Shown one piece after another: positions 39,316 through 49,263 of a DNA stretch of 64,000 nt (position 1 is the first letter of the stretch; every line of letters starts with the position of its first letter). The notes below the pieces were generated by a model. It was not told the DNA's origin and ran no database searches. It saw only the letters and a program-made list of their open reading frames with translations. The DNA is from Acidothermaceae bacterium (lineage in GTDB: Bacteria; Actinomycetota; Actinomycetes; Acidothermales; Acidothermaceae), in contig DASVDW010000175.1 in NCBI GenBank assembly GCA_036380925.1, positions 55 through 64,054 on the forward strand, read 5' to 3'. The position numbers and the translations under genes were made by a program.

Positions 39316-40758
39316 ATGACCTCGCTGCCCGACTTCCTCGACCGCCTTGAGCGCGACGGCGAACTCGTCCGGGTCAAGGCGCAGGTCGACCCGCATCTCG
39401 AGGTCACCGAGATCGTCGATCGCGTCGTCCGCGCCCAGGGCCCGGCGCTGCTCTTCGAAAACGTCAAAGGCAGCAAGCTTCCGTTGGCGATGAACGTCTT
39501 CGGCACCGAGGCGCGCATGGCGAAGGCCCTCGGCGTCAACAGCTTGGACGACGTCGGGACGCGGCTGTCCGAACTGCTCAAACCCGAGTTGCCGCACGGC
39601 CTCAGCGGCCTCAAAGACGCGATGAGCAAGCTCGGCCAGCTTCGAACGGTCCCTCCGAAGAACGTGCGCAAGGGGTCCTGCCAGGACGTCGTCATCAAGG
39701 GCGACAAGGTCGACCTCAACACGCTGCCCGCGTTGCACACCTGGCCGCAGGACGGCGGCGCGTACTTCAACCTCGGCCTGACGCACACCAAGCACCCGGA
39801 AACCGGCCAGCGCAACCTCGGCCTCTACCGGTTGCAACGGCACGACCGCGACACGATCGCGATGCATTGGCAGATCCACAAGGATTCCAACGCCCACCAC
39901 GCGGTCGCCGAGCGGCGGGGCGAGCGCCTTCCGGTGGCGGTCGCGTTCGGCTGCGACCCGGTCGTCACCTATGCCGCGTCAGCCCCGCTGCCGCCCGACA
40001 TCGACGAGTACCTGTTCGCCGGCTTCCTGCGCCAAGAGCGGGTCGAGATGGTCGACTGTGTCAGCGTTCCGCTGCAGGTTCCGGCCGACGCGCAGGTCGT
40101 GCTCGAGGGCTGGCTGGAGCCGGGGGAGCGTCGTCCGGAAGGGCCGTTTGGCGACCACACCGGCTTTTACACGCCGGTCGAGCCGTTTCCCGCGCTGCAC
40201 GTCGACGTCATCACGACGCAGAAGAAGCCGGTGTTCCAGTCGATCGTGGTCGGGCGCCCGCCGGCTGAGGACGGCCCGCTCGGCAAGGCGACCGAGCGGA
40301 TTTTTCTCCCGCTGGTGAAGCTGATGATCCCCGACATCGTCGACATGGACATGCCGATCGAGGGCGTCTTCCATAACTGCGTGATCGTGAGCATCGACAA
40401 GCGTTTCCCCAAGCACGCCCACAAGGTGATGCACGCCATCTGGGGCGCCGGCATGCTGTCGCTCGCGAAGCTGATCGTCGTCGTCGACGCCAACTGTGAT
40501 GTTCACGACTACCGCGACGTCGCATGGCGGGCGTTCGGCAACGTCGACTACAGTCACGACCTCGTGCACGCGGTGGGGCCGGTCGACCACCTCGATCACG
40601 CCAGTTATCAGCAGTTTTGGGGCGGCAAGATCGGCGTCGACGCGACGGCGAAGCTGCCGTCAGAGGGATACACCCGCGGCTGGCCAGACATGATTGCCCA
40701 AGATCGGGGGATCGTCGAACGGGTCACCGCGCGGTGGAAGGAGTTCGGAATCTCGTGA
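39316..40758 (+). CDS. UbiD-family menaquinone biosynthesis decarboxylase (MqnL-type)
   Basis: 480 aa with FENVKGS, YFNLGLTHTKHPETGQRNLGLYR and GPFGDHTGFY motifs of the UbiD family. Forms an operon with the prenyltransferase and UbiX genes, as at the Streptomyces SCO4490-4492 locus. Confidence 0.9.
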   Translation: MTSLPDFLDRLERDGELVRVKAQVDPHLEVTEIVDRVVRAQGPALLFENVKGSKLPLAMNVFGTEARMAKALGVNSLDDVGTRLSELLKPELPHGLSGLKDAMSKLGQLRTVPPKNVRKGSCQDVVIKGDKVDLNTLPALHTWPQDGGAYFNLGLTHTKHPETGQRNLGLYRLQRHDRDTIAMHWQIHKDSNAHHAVAERRGERLPVAVAFGCDPVVTYAASAPLPPDIDEYLFAGFLRQERVEMVDCVSVPLQVPADAQVVLEGWLEPGERRPEGPFGDHTGFYTPVEPFPALHVDVITTQKKPVFQSIVVGRPPAEDGPLGKATERIFLPLVKLMIPDIVDMDMPIEGVFHNCVIVSIDKRFPKHAHKVMHAIWGAGMLSLAKLIVVVDANCDVHDYRDVAWRAFGNVDYSHDLVHAVGPVDHLDHASYQQFWGGKIGVDATAKLPSEGYTRGWPDMIAQDRGIVERVTARWKEFGIS

Positions 40759-41666
40759 GCAGCGCAACCTGGTCGTTCGAAGGGCCGTCCGATCGCGGCC
40801 GAGTGCGGGCGTTCCTCGACCTCGTGCGATTCGAGCACTCCGTGTTCGCGCTGCCGTTCGCCTACATCGCGGCGCTGTCGGCCATGAACGCGGCGAACGG
40901 CCACGTGCACTGGATCCAGTTGCTGCTAGTGACGATCGCGATGGTCGGCGCCCGCACCTTCGCCATGGCGGTCAATCGCATCGTCGACCGGCACATCGAC
41001 GCTCGCAATCCGCGTACCCGTGGCCGCGAGTTGGTCGTCGGCGCCGTCTCACTTCGGACCGCGTGGGTGGGCGCCGTCGTCGCGCTCGCGATCCTCTTCC
41101 TCGCCGCTTACGGGTTGAACACGCTGTGCCTGGCGCTGTCGCCGATCGCGGCGATCGTGCTGGCCGGTTATCCGTACGCGAAACGGTTCACCTGGGCGCC
41201 GCACGCCGTCCTCGGCCTGGCGCAAACCATTGGGCCGATCGGCGCCTGGCTCGCCGTCACCGCGCACTGGTCGTGGACCGCGGTGGTGCTTGGCGCCGCG
41301 GTTGGGTTTTGGATCGGCGGCTTCGACATCATCTATGCGTTGCAGGACTACGAGATCGACCGCGAGATTGGCGTCAAGTCGCTGCCGGCGCGCTTCGGCC
41401 CGCACGCGGCGCTGGCCTGCTCCCGCGCCGCGCACTACGTCACCGTGCTGTTCTTGCTGTGGTTCGGCTTGCTCGCCGGCTTCGGCTGGGTCTGGACGCT
41501 CGGCGTCATCGTGGCGGCGTTCGCGTTGGCCTACGAGCAGCGTCTGGTGAAGCCGACCGACCTGTCCAACGTCAACAAGGCGTTCTTCACGGTGAACGGG
41601 TTCGTGGGCATCGGGTTGCTCCTCTTCGCGCTGGTCGACCTCGTCTCGCGCGGCCTGCGGCCGTGA
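40755..41666 (+). CDS. mqnP: UbiA-family prenyltransferase for the futalosine pathway (MqnP-type)
   Basis: GTG 40755 overlaps the upstream stop (GTGA). LVRFEHSVFALPF, NRIVDRHIDARNPRT (NxxxDxxxD) and YALQDYEIDRE (second Asp-rich motif). Confidence 0.85.
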   Translation: MSSATWSFEGPSDRGRVRAFLDLVRFEHSVFALPFAYIAALSAMNAANGHVHWIQLLLVTIAMVGARTFAMAVNRIVDRHIDARNPRTRGRELVVGAVSLRTAWVGAVVALAILFLAAYGLNTLCLALSPIAAIVLAGYPYAKRFTWAPHAVLGLAQTIGPIGAWLAVTAHWSWTAVVLGAAVGFWIGGFDIIYALQDYEIDREIGVKSLPARFGPHAALACSRAAHYVTVLFLLWFGLLAGFGWVWTLGVIVAAFALAYEQRLVKPTDLSNVNKAFFTVNGFVGIGLLLFALVDLVSRGLRP

Positions 41667-42301
41667 CGTCCGACCGTGCCCCATGGGTGGTCGGGGTGAG
41701 CGGCGCGAGCGGAACTCCTTACGCCGCAGCGGTCTTGCGCGGTCTGCTGGCGGCCGGCGAGCCGGTCGACTTGATCGTGTCGCGCGCCGCGCGACTGACG
41801 CTGCTCGACGAGACCGGCGTCGCCTGGCGTGACGACGCCGAAAGCCTCAGGCGGTGGCTGGGGTCGGCGCTTGACGCCCCGCTGCCGGCGCCGTCGGATT
41901 CCGACGTCCGGTTTTGGGCGGTCACCGATTTCGCCGCCGGGCCGTCCAGCGGCTCCTATCGCACCAAGGGCATGGTGGTGGTGCCCGCGAGCACCGCGGC
42001 GGTGGCCGGCATCGCGCTCGGCCTGTCGAAGGACTTGCTGCAGCGGGCCGCTGACGTCACGTTGAAGGAGCGCCGGCGGCTGGTGGTGGTGCCGCGGGAA
42101 GCCCCGCTGACGGGGGCGACGCTGCGGCATCTGGTGTCTCTGGACGAAGCGGGCGCCGTCGTGCTGCCGGCGAGCCCTGGGTTCTACGCCAAGCCGAAAA
42201 GCATCCAGCAGTTGGTGGATTTTGTGGCGGGTAAGGTGCTCGACGTGCTCGGGGTGCCGCACGACCTGTTCACTCGGTGGGCCGGCCGGCTCGGCGATTA
42301 G
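41663..42301 (+). CDS. ubiX: UbiX-family flavin prenyltransferase
   Basis: GTG 41663 overlaps the upstream stop. WVVGVSGASGTPYA, MVVVPASTAAVAGIALG and PREAPL motifs. Confidence 0.9.
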   Translation: MTSDRAPWVVGVSGASGTPYAAAVLRGLLAAGEPVDLIVSRAARLTLLDETGVAWRDDAESLRRWLGSALDAPLPAPSDSDVRFWAVTDFAAGPSSGSYRTKGMVVVPASTAAVAGIALGLSKDLLQRAADVTLKERRRLVVVPREAPLTGATLRHLVSLDEAGAVVLPASPGFYAKPKSIQQLVDFVAGKVLDVLGVPHDLFTRWAGRLGD

Positions 42302-42338
42302 CCTCCGAGCCGACCGGGCGTCGGCCCAGATCCGCCGA

Positions 42339-42578
42339 TCAAGAGTCGGAGACTCCGATGGCGAAGCTGCCGGCCTCGAACTCGTCTTCACCGTTGAGCA
42401 GCGCGCGAACCTCAGACTCCCGAAAACGCCGGTGGCCGCCGGGCGTGCGGATGCTTCCGATTCGCCCGGACGCCGCCCAGCGGGTGACGGTCTTCGGGTC
42501 GACCCGGAAGAGGGTCGCGACCTCTCCAGGGGTGAGCAGGCGGTCACGGTTTTCCACGTCGTCCCCTTTCCTGGACAC
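42339..42578 (-). CDS. bldC: BldC-family MerR-like developmental DNA-binding protein
   Basis: LLTPGEVATLFRVDPKTVTRWAASGRIGSIRTPGGHRRFRESEVRALL is nearly identical in pattern to Streptomyces BldC. The true start may be the internal GTG at 42557, which is preceded by AGGAAAGGGG. Confidence 0.85.
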   Translation of the reverse strand: MSRKGDDVENRDRLLTPGEVATLFRVDPKTVTRWAASGRIGSIRTPGGHRRFRESEVRALLNGEDEFEAGSFAIGVSDS

Positions 42579-42592
42579 GGCGCTCTCTCGAG

Positions 42593-42645
42593 CACTCCGG
42601 GTCTTTCGAACACTCCGGGTCTTTCGAACGTTGCAGGTCTTTCAA
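42593..42645. repeat. 18-bp tandem direct repeat (2 perfect copies plus 1 degenerate) just upstream of bldC
   Basis: cactccgggtctttcgaa at 42593-42610 and 42611-42628, then cgttgcaggtctttcaa at 42629-42645. Located 15-67 nt upstream of the bldC GTG at 42578. Confidence 0.9.
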
Positions 42646-43007
42646 CACCGAGTGGTCGGTTAACCGCGCCGTGTTTGGTCTTACGTTCGTGGACCCCATG
42701 TGATGTGTACACGCACATGTGCCATCCCGTCTGCCGTTGACGCGCGATTGTTGCCTTGTGCCAAAAAAAGTGGGGAGGATCGTCACGAGGGGAACACGCA
42801 CGGTGACAAAAGTCGGGACCTAGGACCCTGGTGCGCGCTTTCCGTCGCTTCGTCATCACGCTTGGTTATCGGTGGTCACAAACTGGGCGCCCCGCTTTGG
42901 GAGGCTCTCGCCAGCCCGTGTGCGCAGTCGTCAGAGGCACTCGTGCATGCTGGACAGGCACGTCGCGATCCGGCGCGACAGTTGGCGACAGGCAGGTGAG
43001 GGGCGAC

Positions 43008-44156
43008 GTGGACGCAGGACTTCAGCGCGAGCTCGAAGCCAAGGTGCTGGCCGGGGATCGGCTCACATATGAGGACGGCGTCGCGCTGTACGCGTCGGAC
43101 GACCTCGCCTGGCTCGGCGACCTGGCGCACCAGGTGCGCACCCGCAAGAACGGCGACCGGGTGTTCTTCAACATCAACCGGCACCTCAACTTGACCAACG
43201 TGTGCTCGGCGTCGTGCGCCTATTGCAGCTTTCAGCGCAAGCCGGGCGAGGCGGACGCCTACACGATGCGGGTGGAGGAAGCTGTCGAGCTCGCCAAGCA
43301 GATGGAGCCCGAGGGCATCACCGAGCTGCACATCGTCAACGGTTTGCACCCGACCTTGCCGTGGCGGTACTACCCGCGCTCGCTCCGGGCGCTGAAAGAG
43401 GCGCTGCCGAACGTCGCGCTGAAGGCGTTCACCGCCACCGAGATCCACTGGTTCGAGAAGATCTCCGGAATGCCCGCCGACGAGATCCTCGACGAGCTGA
43501 TCGACGCCGGCCTGGACTCGCTCACCGGCGGCGGCGCGGAGATCTTCGACTGGGAGGTACGGCAGAAGATCGTCGACCACGCCACCCATTGGGAGGACTG
43601 GTCGCGCATCCACCGCCTCGCGCACGCCAAGGGGCTGAAGACGCCGTGCACGATGCTGTACGGCCACATCGAGGAGCCCCGGCACCGGGTCGACCACGTG
43701 CTTCGGCTGCGAGAGCTGCAAGACGAGACCGGTGGGTTCCAGGTCTTCATCCCGTTGCGCTTCCAGCACGACGCGAACGGCGACCCGCGCAACCGCTTGA
43801 TGACCCAGCCGATGGCCACCGGCGCCGAGGCCTTGAAGACGTTCGCGGTGTCGCGGCTGTTGTTCGACAACGTCCAGCACGTGAAGGCGTTCTGGGTGAT
43901 GCACGGGCTGACGACGTCGCAGCTGGCGTTGTCGCACGGCGCCGACGACCTCGACGGCTCGGTGGTCGAATACAAGATCACCCACGACGCCGACCACTTC
44001 GGCACCCCCGCCACGATGCACCGCGACGACCTGCTCGAGTTGATCCGCGACGCCGGTTTCACGCCGGTCGAGCGCGATACTAAGTACAACGTGCTGCGGG
44101 TGTACGAGGGGCCCGACCGGGGTCGTCGTGACACGCCGCAGCCGATGCCGGTATGA
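43008..44156 (+). CDS. mqnE: aminofutalosine synthase (radical SAM)
   Basis: GTG 43008. VDAGLQRELEAKV..., CSASCAYCSF radical-SAM CxxxCxxC, LHIVNGLHPTLPWRYYP and GGFQVFIPLRFQH. Closely resembles Streptomyces MqnE (SCO4494) as I remember it. Confidence 0.88.
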   Translation: MDAGLQRELEAKVLAGDRLTYEDGVALYASDDLAWLGDLAHQVRTRKNGDRVFFNINRHLNLTNVCSASCAYCSFQRKPGEADAYTMRVEEAVELAKQMEPEGITELHIVNGLHPTLPWRYYPRSLRALKEALPNVALKAFTATEIHWFEKISGMPADEILDELIDAGLDSLTGGGAEIFDWEVRQKIVDHATHWEDWSRIHRLAHAKGLKTPCTMLYGHIEEPRHRVDHVLRLRELQDETGGFQVFIPLRFQHDANGDPRNRLMTQPMATGAEALKTFAVSRLLFDNVQHVKAFWVMHGLTTSQLALSHGADDLDGSVVEYKITHDADHFGTPATMHRDDLLELIRDAGFTPVERDTKYNVLRVYEGPDRGRRDTPQPMPV

Positions 44157-44167
44157 GGTAACCCGCT

Positions 44168-45372
<1,205 letters not shown>

Positions 45373-45492
45373 CCCGCCCGCGGTCGCGTTCACGCTCCCA
45401 CACCACCCGTTGTGATCAGACTTGATAACAGCGCGCGCGAGGGTCGTTCGGGCTGCGACGATCAAGGCATGTCGAGGCCTGAGGGGGAGACC

Positions 45493-45903
45493 ATGCCTGC
45501 AGCCGGCGCCCTGCCTTCCACGACGTCCGCACCCTTGACCGGGGCCGCGCGGGTGTTCAGCGTGATCGTCGCCGACGACGCGGCCGGCATTCGCGCGCTC
45601 ATGAGCACGCTGCTCTCGCTGGAGCCGGATTTCGACGTCGTCGGCCAGGCCAGCGACGGCGCCGAGGCCGTCGACCTGGTCGTGCGGCTCAAACCCGACC
45701 TGCTGGTCATCGACGTGACCATGCCGGTGATGTCCGGCTTGGAGGCGATCGAGGCGGTGCGCGAGCGCTCGCCGTCCACTCGGGTTGTGGTGTTGACCGG
45801 GGAGCGGCGTGCGCTGCCGGAGGGCGCGCAGGCGCAGATAGAGAAAGGCACGCCGAACGACGTGGTCATCGACACCCTCCGCGGCGTTTGCCGCGCCGGT
45901 TAG
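45493..45903 (+). CDS. stand-alone response-regulator receiver domain protein
   Basis: ATG 45493 preceded by GAGGGGGAG. VIVADDAAGIR (acidic pocket), LLVIDVTMPVMSG (phospho-acceptor Asp), VVVLTG and EKG (conserved Thr and Lys). No output domain before the stop. Confidence 0.75.
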   Translation: MPAAGALPSTTSAPLTGAARVFSVIVADDAAGIRALMSTLLSLEPDFDVVGQASDGAEAVDLVVRLKPDLLVIDVTMPVMSGLEAIEAVRERSPSTRVVVLTGERRALPEGAQAQIEKGTPNDVVIDTLRGVCRAG

Positions 45904-45945
45904 CTCGATCAGCGCGGGGACCGGGCGCGGGCTAGGCTTTGGCTC

Positions 45946-47124
45946 GTGGCTGATGTGCGCGCGATCCTCGACCGGGCCGCTGACGGCGGTCGCATCTCGC
46001 CTGAAGAGGCGCTGACTCTTTACACCGACGCGCCACTGCATTCGCTAGGGCGCGCGGCCGACGTCGTCCGGCGGCGTCGTTTCGGCGACACCGCCAGCAT
46101 CGCCACCTACCTCATCGACCGCAACATCAACTACACCAACGTGTGCGTCACGGCGTGCAAGTTCTGTGCGTTCTACCGATCGCCCAAGCACGCCGAGGGC
46201 TGGACGCATTCGCTTGAGGAGATCCTGCGGCGCTGCGGCGAGGCCGTTGAGCTCGGAGCCACGCAGATCATGCTGCAGGGCGGTCACAACCCCGACCTCG
46301 GCATCGAGTGGTACGAGGAGACGTTCTCGGCGATTCGCGCGGCCTACCCGCAGCTGGCGCTGCACTCGCTCGGCGGCTCGGAGGTCGTGCACATCTCGCG
46401 GGTGTCCGGGCTGTCGTTCGAACAGGTGATCCGGCGGCTGCACGCGGCCGGTCTCGACTCGTTCGCCGGCGCCGGCGCGGAGATTTTGGTCGACCGGCAG
46501 CGGCAGGTGATCGCACCGCTGAAGGAGTCGGGCGCGGTGTGGCTCGAGGTGATGGAGACCGCTCACCGGCTGGGCGTCGAGTCGACCGCCACCTTCATGA
46601 TGGGCACCGGCGAGACGAACGCCGAGCGCATCGAGCATCTGCGGTTGATCCGCGACGTGCAAGACCGCACGGGCGGCTTCCGGTCGTTCATCCCGTGGAC
46701 TTACCAGCCGGAGAACAACCATCTGCGCGGTCGCACGTTGGCCACGCCGCTGGAGTACCTGCGGTTGCTCGCCGTGGCGCGGCTGTTCTTCGACAACATC
46801 GCGCACCTGCAGGTTTCTCAGCTGACGCTCGGCAAAGAGGTCGGTCAGCTCGGATTGCACTACGGCGCCGACGACCTCGGCTCGGTGATGCTGGAAGAAA
46901 ACGTGGTGTCGTCGGCGGGCGCCCGACACCGGTGGAACCTCGCGGAGCTGATCCACCTGATTCGCGCCGCCGACCGGATCCCCGCGCAGCGTGACACGCT
47001 CTACAACCACCTACGCGTGCATTGGACGCCGGCAGACGACCCGGCGCCCGACGACCGGATTCACTCCCACGTGGCGTCGACCGCCCCCGCGTTCCGTCGC
47101 GACCTCCCACTAGTCGCCAGCTAA
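45946..47124 (+). CDS. mqnC: cyclic dehypoxanthinyl futalosine synthase (radical SAM)
   Basis: 392 aa with NYTNVCVTACKFCAF radical-SAM motif, IMLQGGHNPDL and GGFRSFIPWTYQPENN. It is a paralogue of MqnE whose sequence pattern resembles MqnC. Confidence 0.85.
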   Translation: MADVRAILDRAADGGRISPEEALTLYTDAPLHSLGRAADVVRRRRFGDTASIATYLIDRNINYTNVCVTACKFCAFYRSPKHAEGWTHSLEEILRRCGEAVELGATQIMLQGGHNPDLGIEWYEETFSAIRAAYPQLALHSLGGSEVVHISRVSGLSFEQVIRRLHAAGLDSFAGAGAEILVDRQRQVIAPLKESGAVWLEVMETAHRLGVESTATFMMGTGETNAERIEHLRLIRDVQDRTGGFRSFIPWTYQPENNHLRGRTLATPLEYLRLLAVARLFFDNIAHLQVSQLTLGKEVGQLGLHYGADDLGSVMLEENVVSSAGARHRWNLAELIHLIRAADRIPAQRDTLYNHLRVHWTPADDPAPDDRIHSHVASTAPAFRRDLPLVAS

Positions 47125-47132
47125 CCTGCTGA

Positions 47133-47183
47133 ATCCACCCCGCGTTTGGCGTGCAGTTGCGGGGTTAGAGCCCCTGAAACGCC
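47133..47183. repeat. left copy of a ~50-nt imperfect direct repeat flanking the DUF559 gene
   Basis: atccaccc...ttggcgtgcagttgcgggg(47146-47164)ttagagcccctgaa. It shares an identical 19-mer and about 85% identity overall with 48203-48245. Confidence 0.85.
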
Positions 47184-47197
47184 GGCCAGATGACGTC

Positions 47198-48118
47198 TCA
47201 GCTTCGGCCAAAGCGCGCGTGGGCTGCGGCCAGTTGAGCGATCACGACTTCGGGCAGCAATCTGATCGCAACGGTTGCAAACCGCAGCATCGGCTTGCCC
47301 GTCACGATGATGAGGTCGTTCTGCCGCTCCATGTCGTCCCAGTACCTCAAAGGTTTCAAGTGGATGGCGCCGTCGACCTCTACTGAGAACCCGTCACAGT
47401 CCGCGTCGAGCCACCGCCGACGGCCGGCGCGGTCTAACCGAAAGACCTGCCGTCGCGGCGGTGGGATATGCGCGAGTCGCGCGAGCCGACCAAGGTCGAT
47501 CTCGGCAAAGGAATCCGCTCCGCCCTGGATGTCGGCGAGCACGTGGTCGAGCAAGCCGCGATGTCTGGCGCGGGTGGCCGCGGCGAGCTCAGCTCGAAGC
47601 CGGTCACCTGTCGTCAGGCCCTGCTGCACGCCGGCCGCGAGAATCGCGCACGCCCTGCGCGGCCAAGGCGTCCACGATGCGGCGTCGATGAGCGCGCGCT
47701 CGGCCCGAACCGTCGGTAGTGAACGCGCTGGGTGGATGTCGTTGACGTCAAACCGCCGGGATTCGTGGATCCGCACGCCCTGGAGCCGTTGTGCTCGGTA
47801 TCGATGAGGAACCAGTAGATAGAGCTGCCCGTCGTCGAATCCCTGTAGCCCGTACTCCTGCGCGGAGGTGATGCCGGCCAGCGCAGCGCCGGGGTTCGCA
47901 AGCAAGGCAATCCACCGCTTTTGCAGTTCGGTGGGCGGGCCGTTGTGCAACACCACGACGCCTCTGGCTGCCAGCCGCCACTTGCCACTCAACAATCGCG
48001 CCCGAACGGCGTCGTCCGAGATGCCCAGGTCGTGGAGCTGCCGGCGCCGGACAACGCCGTCCTGCTCGGCCGCGAGAATGCGTAACGCGTCGTGCGGCAG
48101 CGCGTTGACCCTGGGCAT
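47198..48118 (-). CDS. DUF559 / AbiEi-N-like domain protein (endonuclease-like, Vsr fold family)
   Basis: Start chosen at MPRVNALPHDALRILAAEQDGVVRRRQL. The C-terminus (DADCDGFSVEVDGAIHL...YWDDMERQNDL...GKPMLRF) is the typical DUF559 pattern. The longer ORF-track version (to 48358) runs through the right repeat. Confidence 0.72.
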   Translation of the reverse strand: MPRVNALPHDALRILAAEQDGVVRRRQLHDLGISDDAVRARLLSGKWRLAARGVVVLHNGPPTELQKRWIALLANPGAALAGITSAQEYGLQGFDDGQLYLLVPHRYRAQRLQGVRIHESRRFDVNDIHPARSLPTVRAERALIDAASWTPWPRRACAILAAGVQQGLTTGDRLRAELAAATRARHRGLLDHVLADIQGGADSFAEIDLGRLARLAHIPPPRRQVFRLDRAGRRRWLDADCDGFSVEVDGAIHLKPLRYWDDMERQNDLIIVTGKPMLRFATVAIRLLPEVVIAQLAAAHARFGRS

Positions 48119-48202
48119 TCGAGCAGCGTTGCGGCAGTCGTTCTGGCCAGCTGCCGATCTCCGTCCGGTTGTGCAAGACGCCTCGGCCGGTTGTGGACGC
48201 GG

Positions 48203-48257
48203 ATCCACCCGATTGGCGTGCAGTTGCGGGGCTAGAACACCTGAAGTGCACGCCAAT
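48203..48257. repeat. right copy of the direct repeat; also forms an 11-bp perfect hairpin
   Basis: atccaccc-ga-ttggcgtgcagttgcgggg(48213-48231)ctagaacacctgaa. attggcgtgca (48212-48222) pairs with tgcacgccaat (48247-48257). Confidence 0.85.
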
Positions 48258-48297
48258 CCGGAGAGAGGCGCGGTGGCGGCCCTGACAGGATGGGCGG

Positions 48298-49263
48298 GTG
48301 AGCTACCCGAAGATCGAGCTGCACGTGCATCTCGAGGGCGCGGTGCGCCCGCGCACACTGATCGACCTGGCCAAGCGCAACGGCCTTGCGCTGCCCGCAG
48401 ACAGCGTCGAAGGCATCAGCCAGCTTTACGAGTTCACCGACTTCGCGCACTTCATCGAGGTCTGGATCCTCACCACCAACGTGATGCGCACCGCCGACGA
48501 CTTCCGGCGGATCACCGTTGACTACGCCGCCGAGGCGGCTCGGCACGGCGCCGTCTATCTCGAGGCCATCTTCTCGCCCATCGAGCGGGTGCTCCGCGGT
48601 GTGAAATGGGATGACATCTTCGATGGCTATTGCGAGGGCGCGCAGCAGGCGCAAGAGGAGCACGGTGTCGTCGTCCGGTTCACTCCCGACGCCTACCGCG
48701 GCGCCGACGTCGAGCTGGTCGAAGAGCTGGCCCGCCGCTGCGTCAAACATCGCGACCGCGGTGTCGTCGGCCTCGGCATCGGCGGCCCGGAGAAGGGCAT
48801 GCCCCCACAGCCCTACGCCAAGGCGTTCGCGATCGCCCGCGACGGCGGCCTGGGCGCGGTTCCGCACGCCGGCGAGGTGTGCGGCCCGGAGTCGATCCGC
48901 GAGACGATCGACGCCCTCGGCGCCAATCGCGTCCGCCACGGCATCTCGGCGATCGACGACCCCGAGCTGGTCGATGAGCTCATCGAGAGGCGGATCGTGC
49001 TCGACGTCTGCCCGACGTCCAATCTGCGCACCAAAGCGGTCGGGAGCCTCGACGATCACCCGCTGCCGCGGCTCGTCGACGCCGGCCTGCTGTGCACGGT
49101 CAACACCGACGATCCGGCGATGTTCAACACCGACCTCGGCCGCGAGCACGAGATCGCCCGAGGACTGGGCGTCGACCCCAAGCGGCTGTACGACGCGGGG
49201 GTCGCCGGCGCCTTGTGCGACGCGCCGACGAAGTCGCGGCTGGCGGCGAGCTGGCCGTCATGA
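48298..49263 (+). CDS. adenosine deaminase-family (cog1816) hydrolase, probably 6-aminodeoxyfutalosine deaminase
   Basis: 321 aa with [12 protein letters not shown] metal-binding motif, VPHAGE and [10 protein letters not shown]. Embedded between mqnC and menG. Confidence 0.8.
   Translation: MSYPKIELHVHLEGAVRPRTLIDLAKRNGLALPADSVEGISQLYEFTDFAHFIEVWILTTNVMRTADDFRRITVDYAAEAARHGAVYLEAIFSPIERVLRGVKWDDIFDGYCEGAQQAQEEHGVVVRFTPDAYRGADVELVEELARRCVKHRDRGVVGLGIGGPEKGMPPQPYAKAFAIARDGGLGAVPHAGEVCGPESIRETIDALGANRVRHGISAIDDPELVDELIERRIVLDVCPTSNLRTKAVGSLDDHPLPRLVDAGLLCTVNTDDPAMFNTDLGREHEIARGLGVDPKRLYDAGVAGALCDAPTKSRLAASWPS

Noticed and set aside
42593-42645. Tandem repeats as a CRISPR array; the 9-bp repeats at 15973-16014 were considered too.
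   Set aside because: The repeats are contiguous with no spacers, only 2-5 copies are present, no cas genes are in the window, and one set is inside a coding region.
42700-42999. 99-aa ORF in the bldC-mqnE intergenic region.
   Set aside because: It has no motif, atypical composition and no RBS, so the region is more plausibly regulatory. I cannot exclude a small RNA or peptide without expression data.
47198-48358. 386-aa long form of the DUF559 ORF.
   Set aside because: The extra 80 N-terminal codons are low-complexity and run through the right-hand direct repeat and hairpin. The conserved protein starts at Met 48118.
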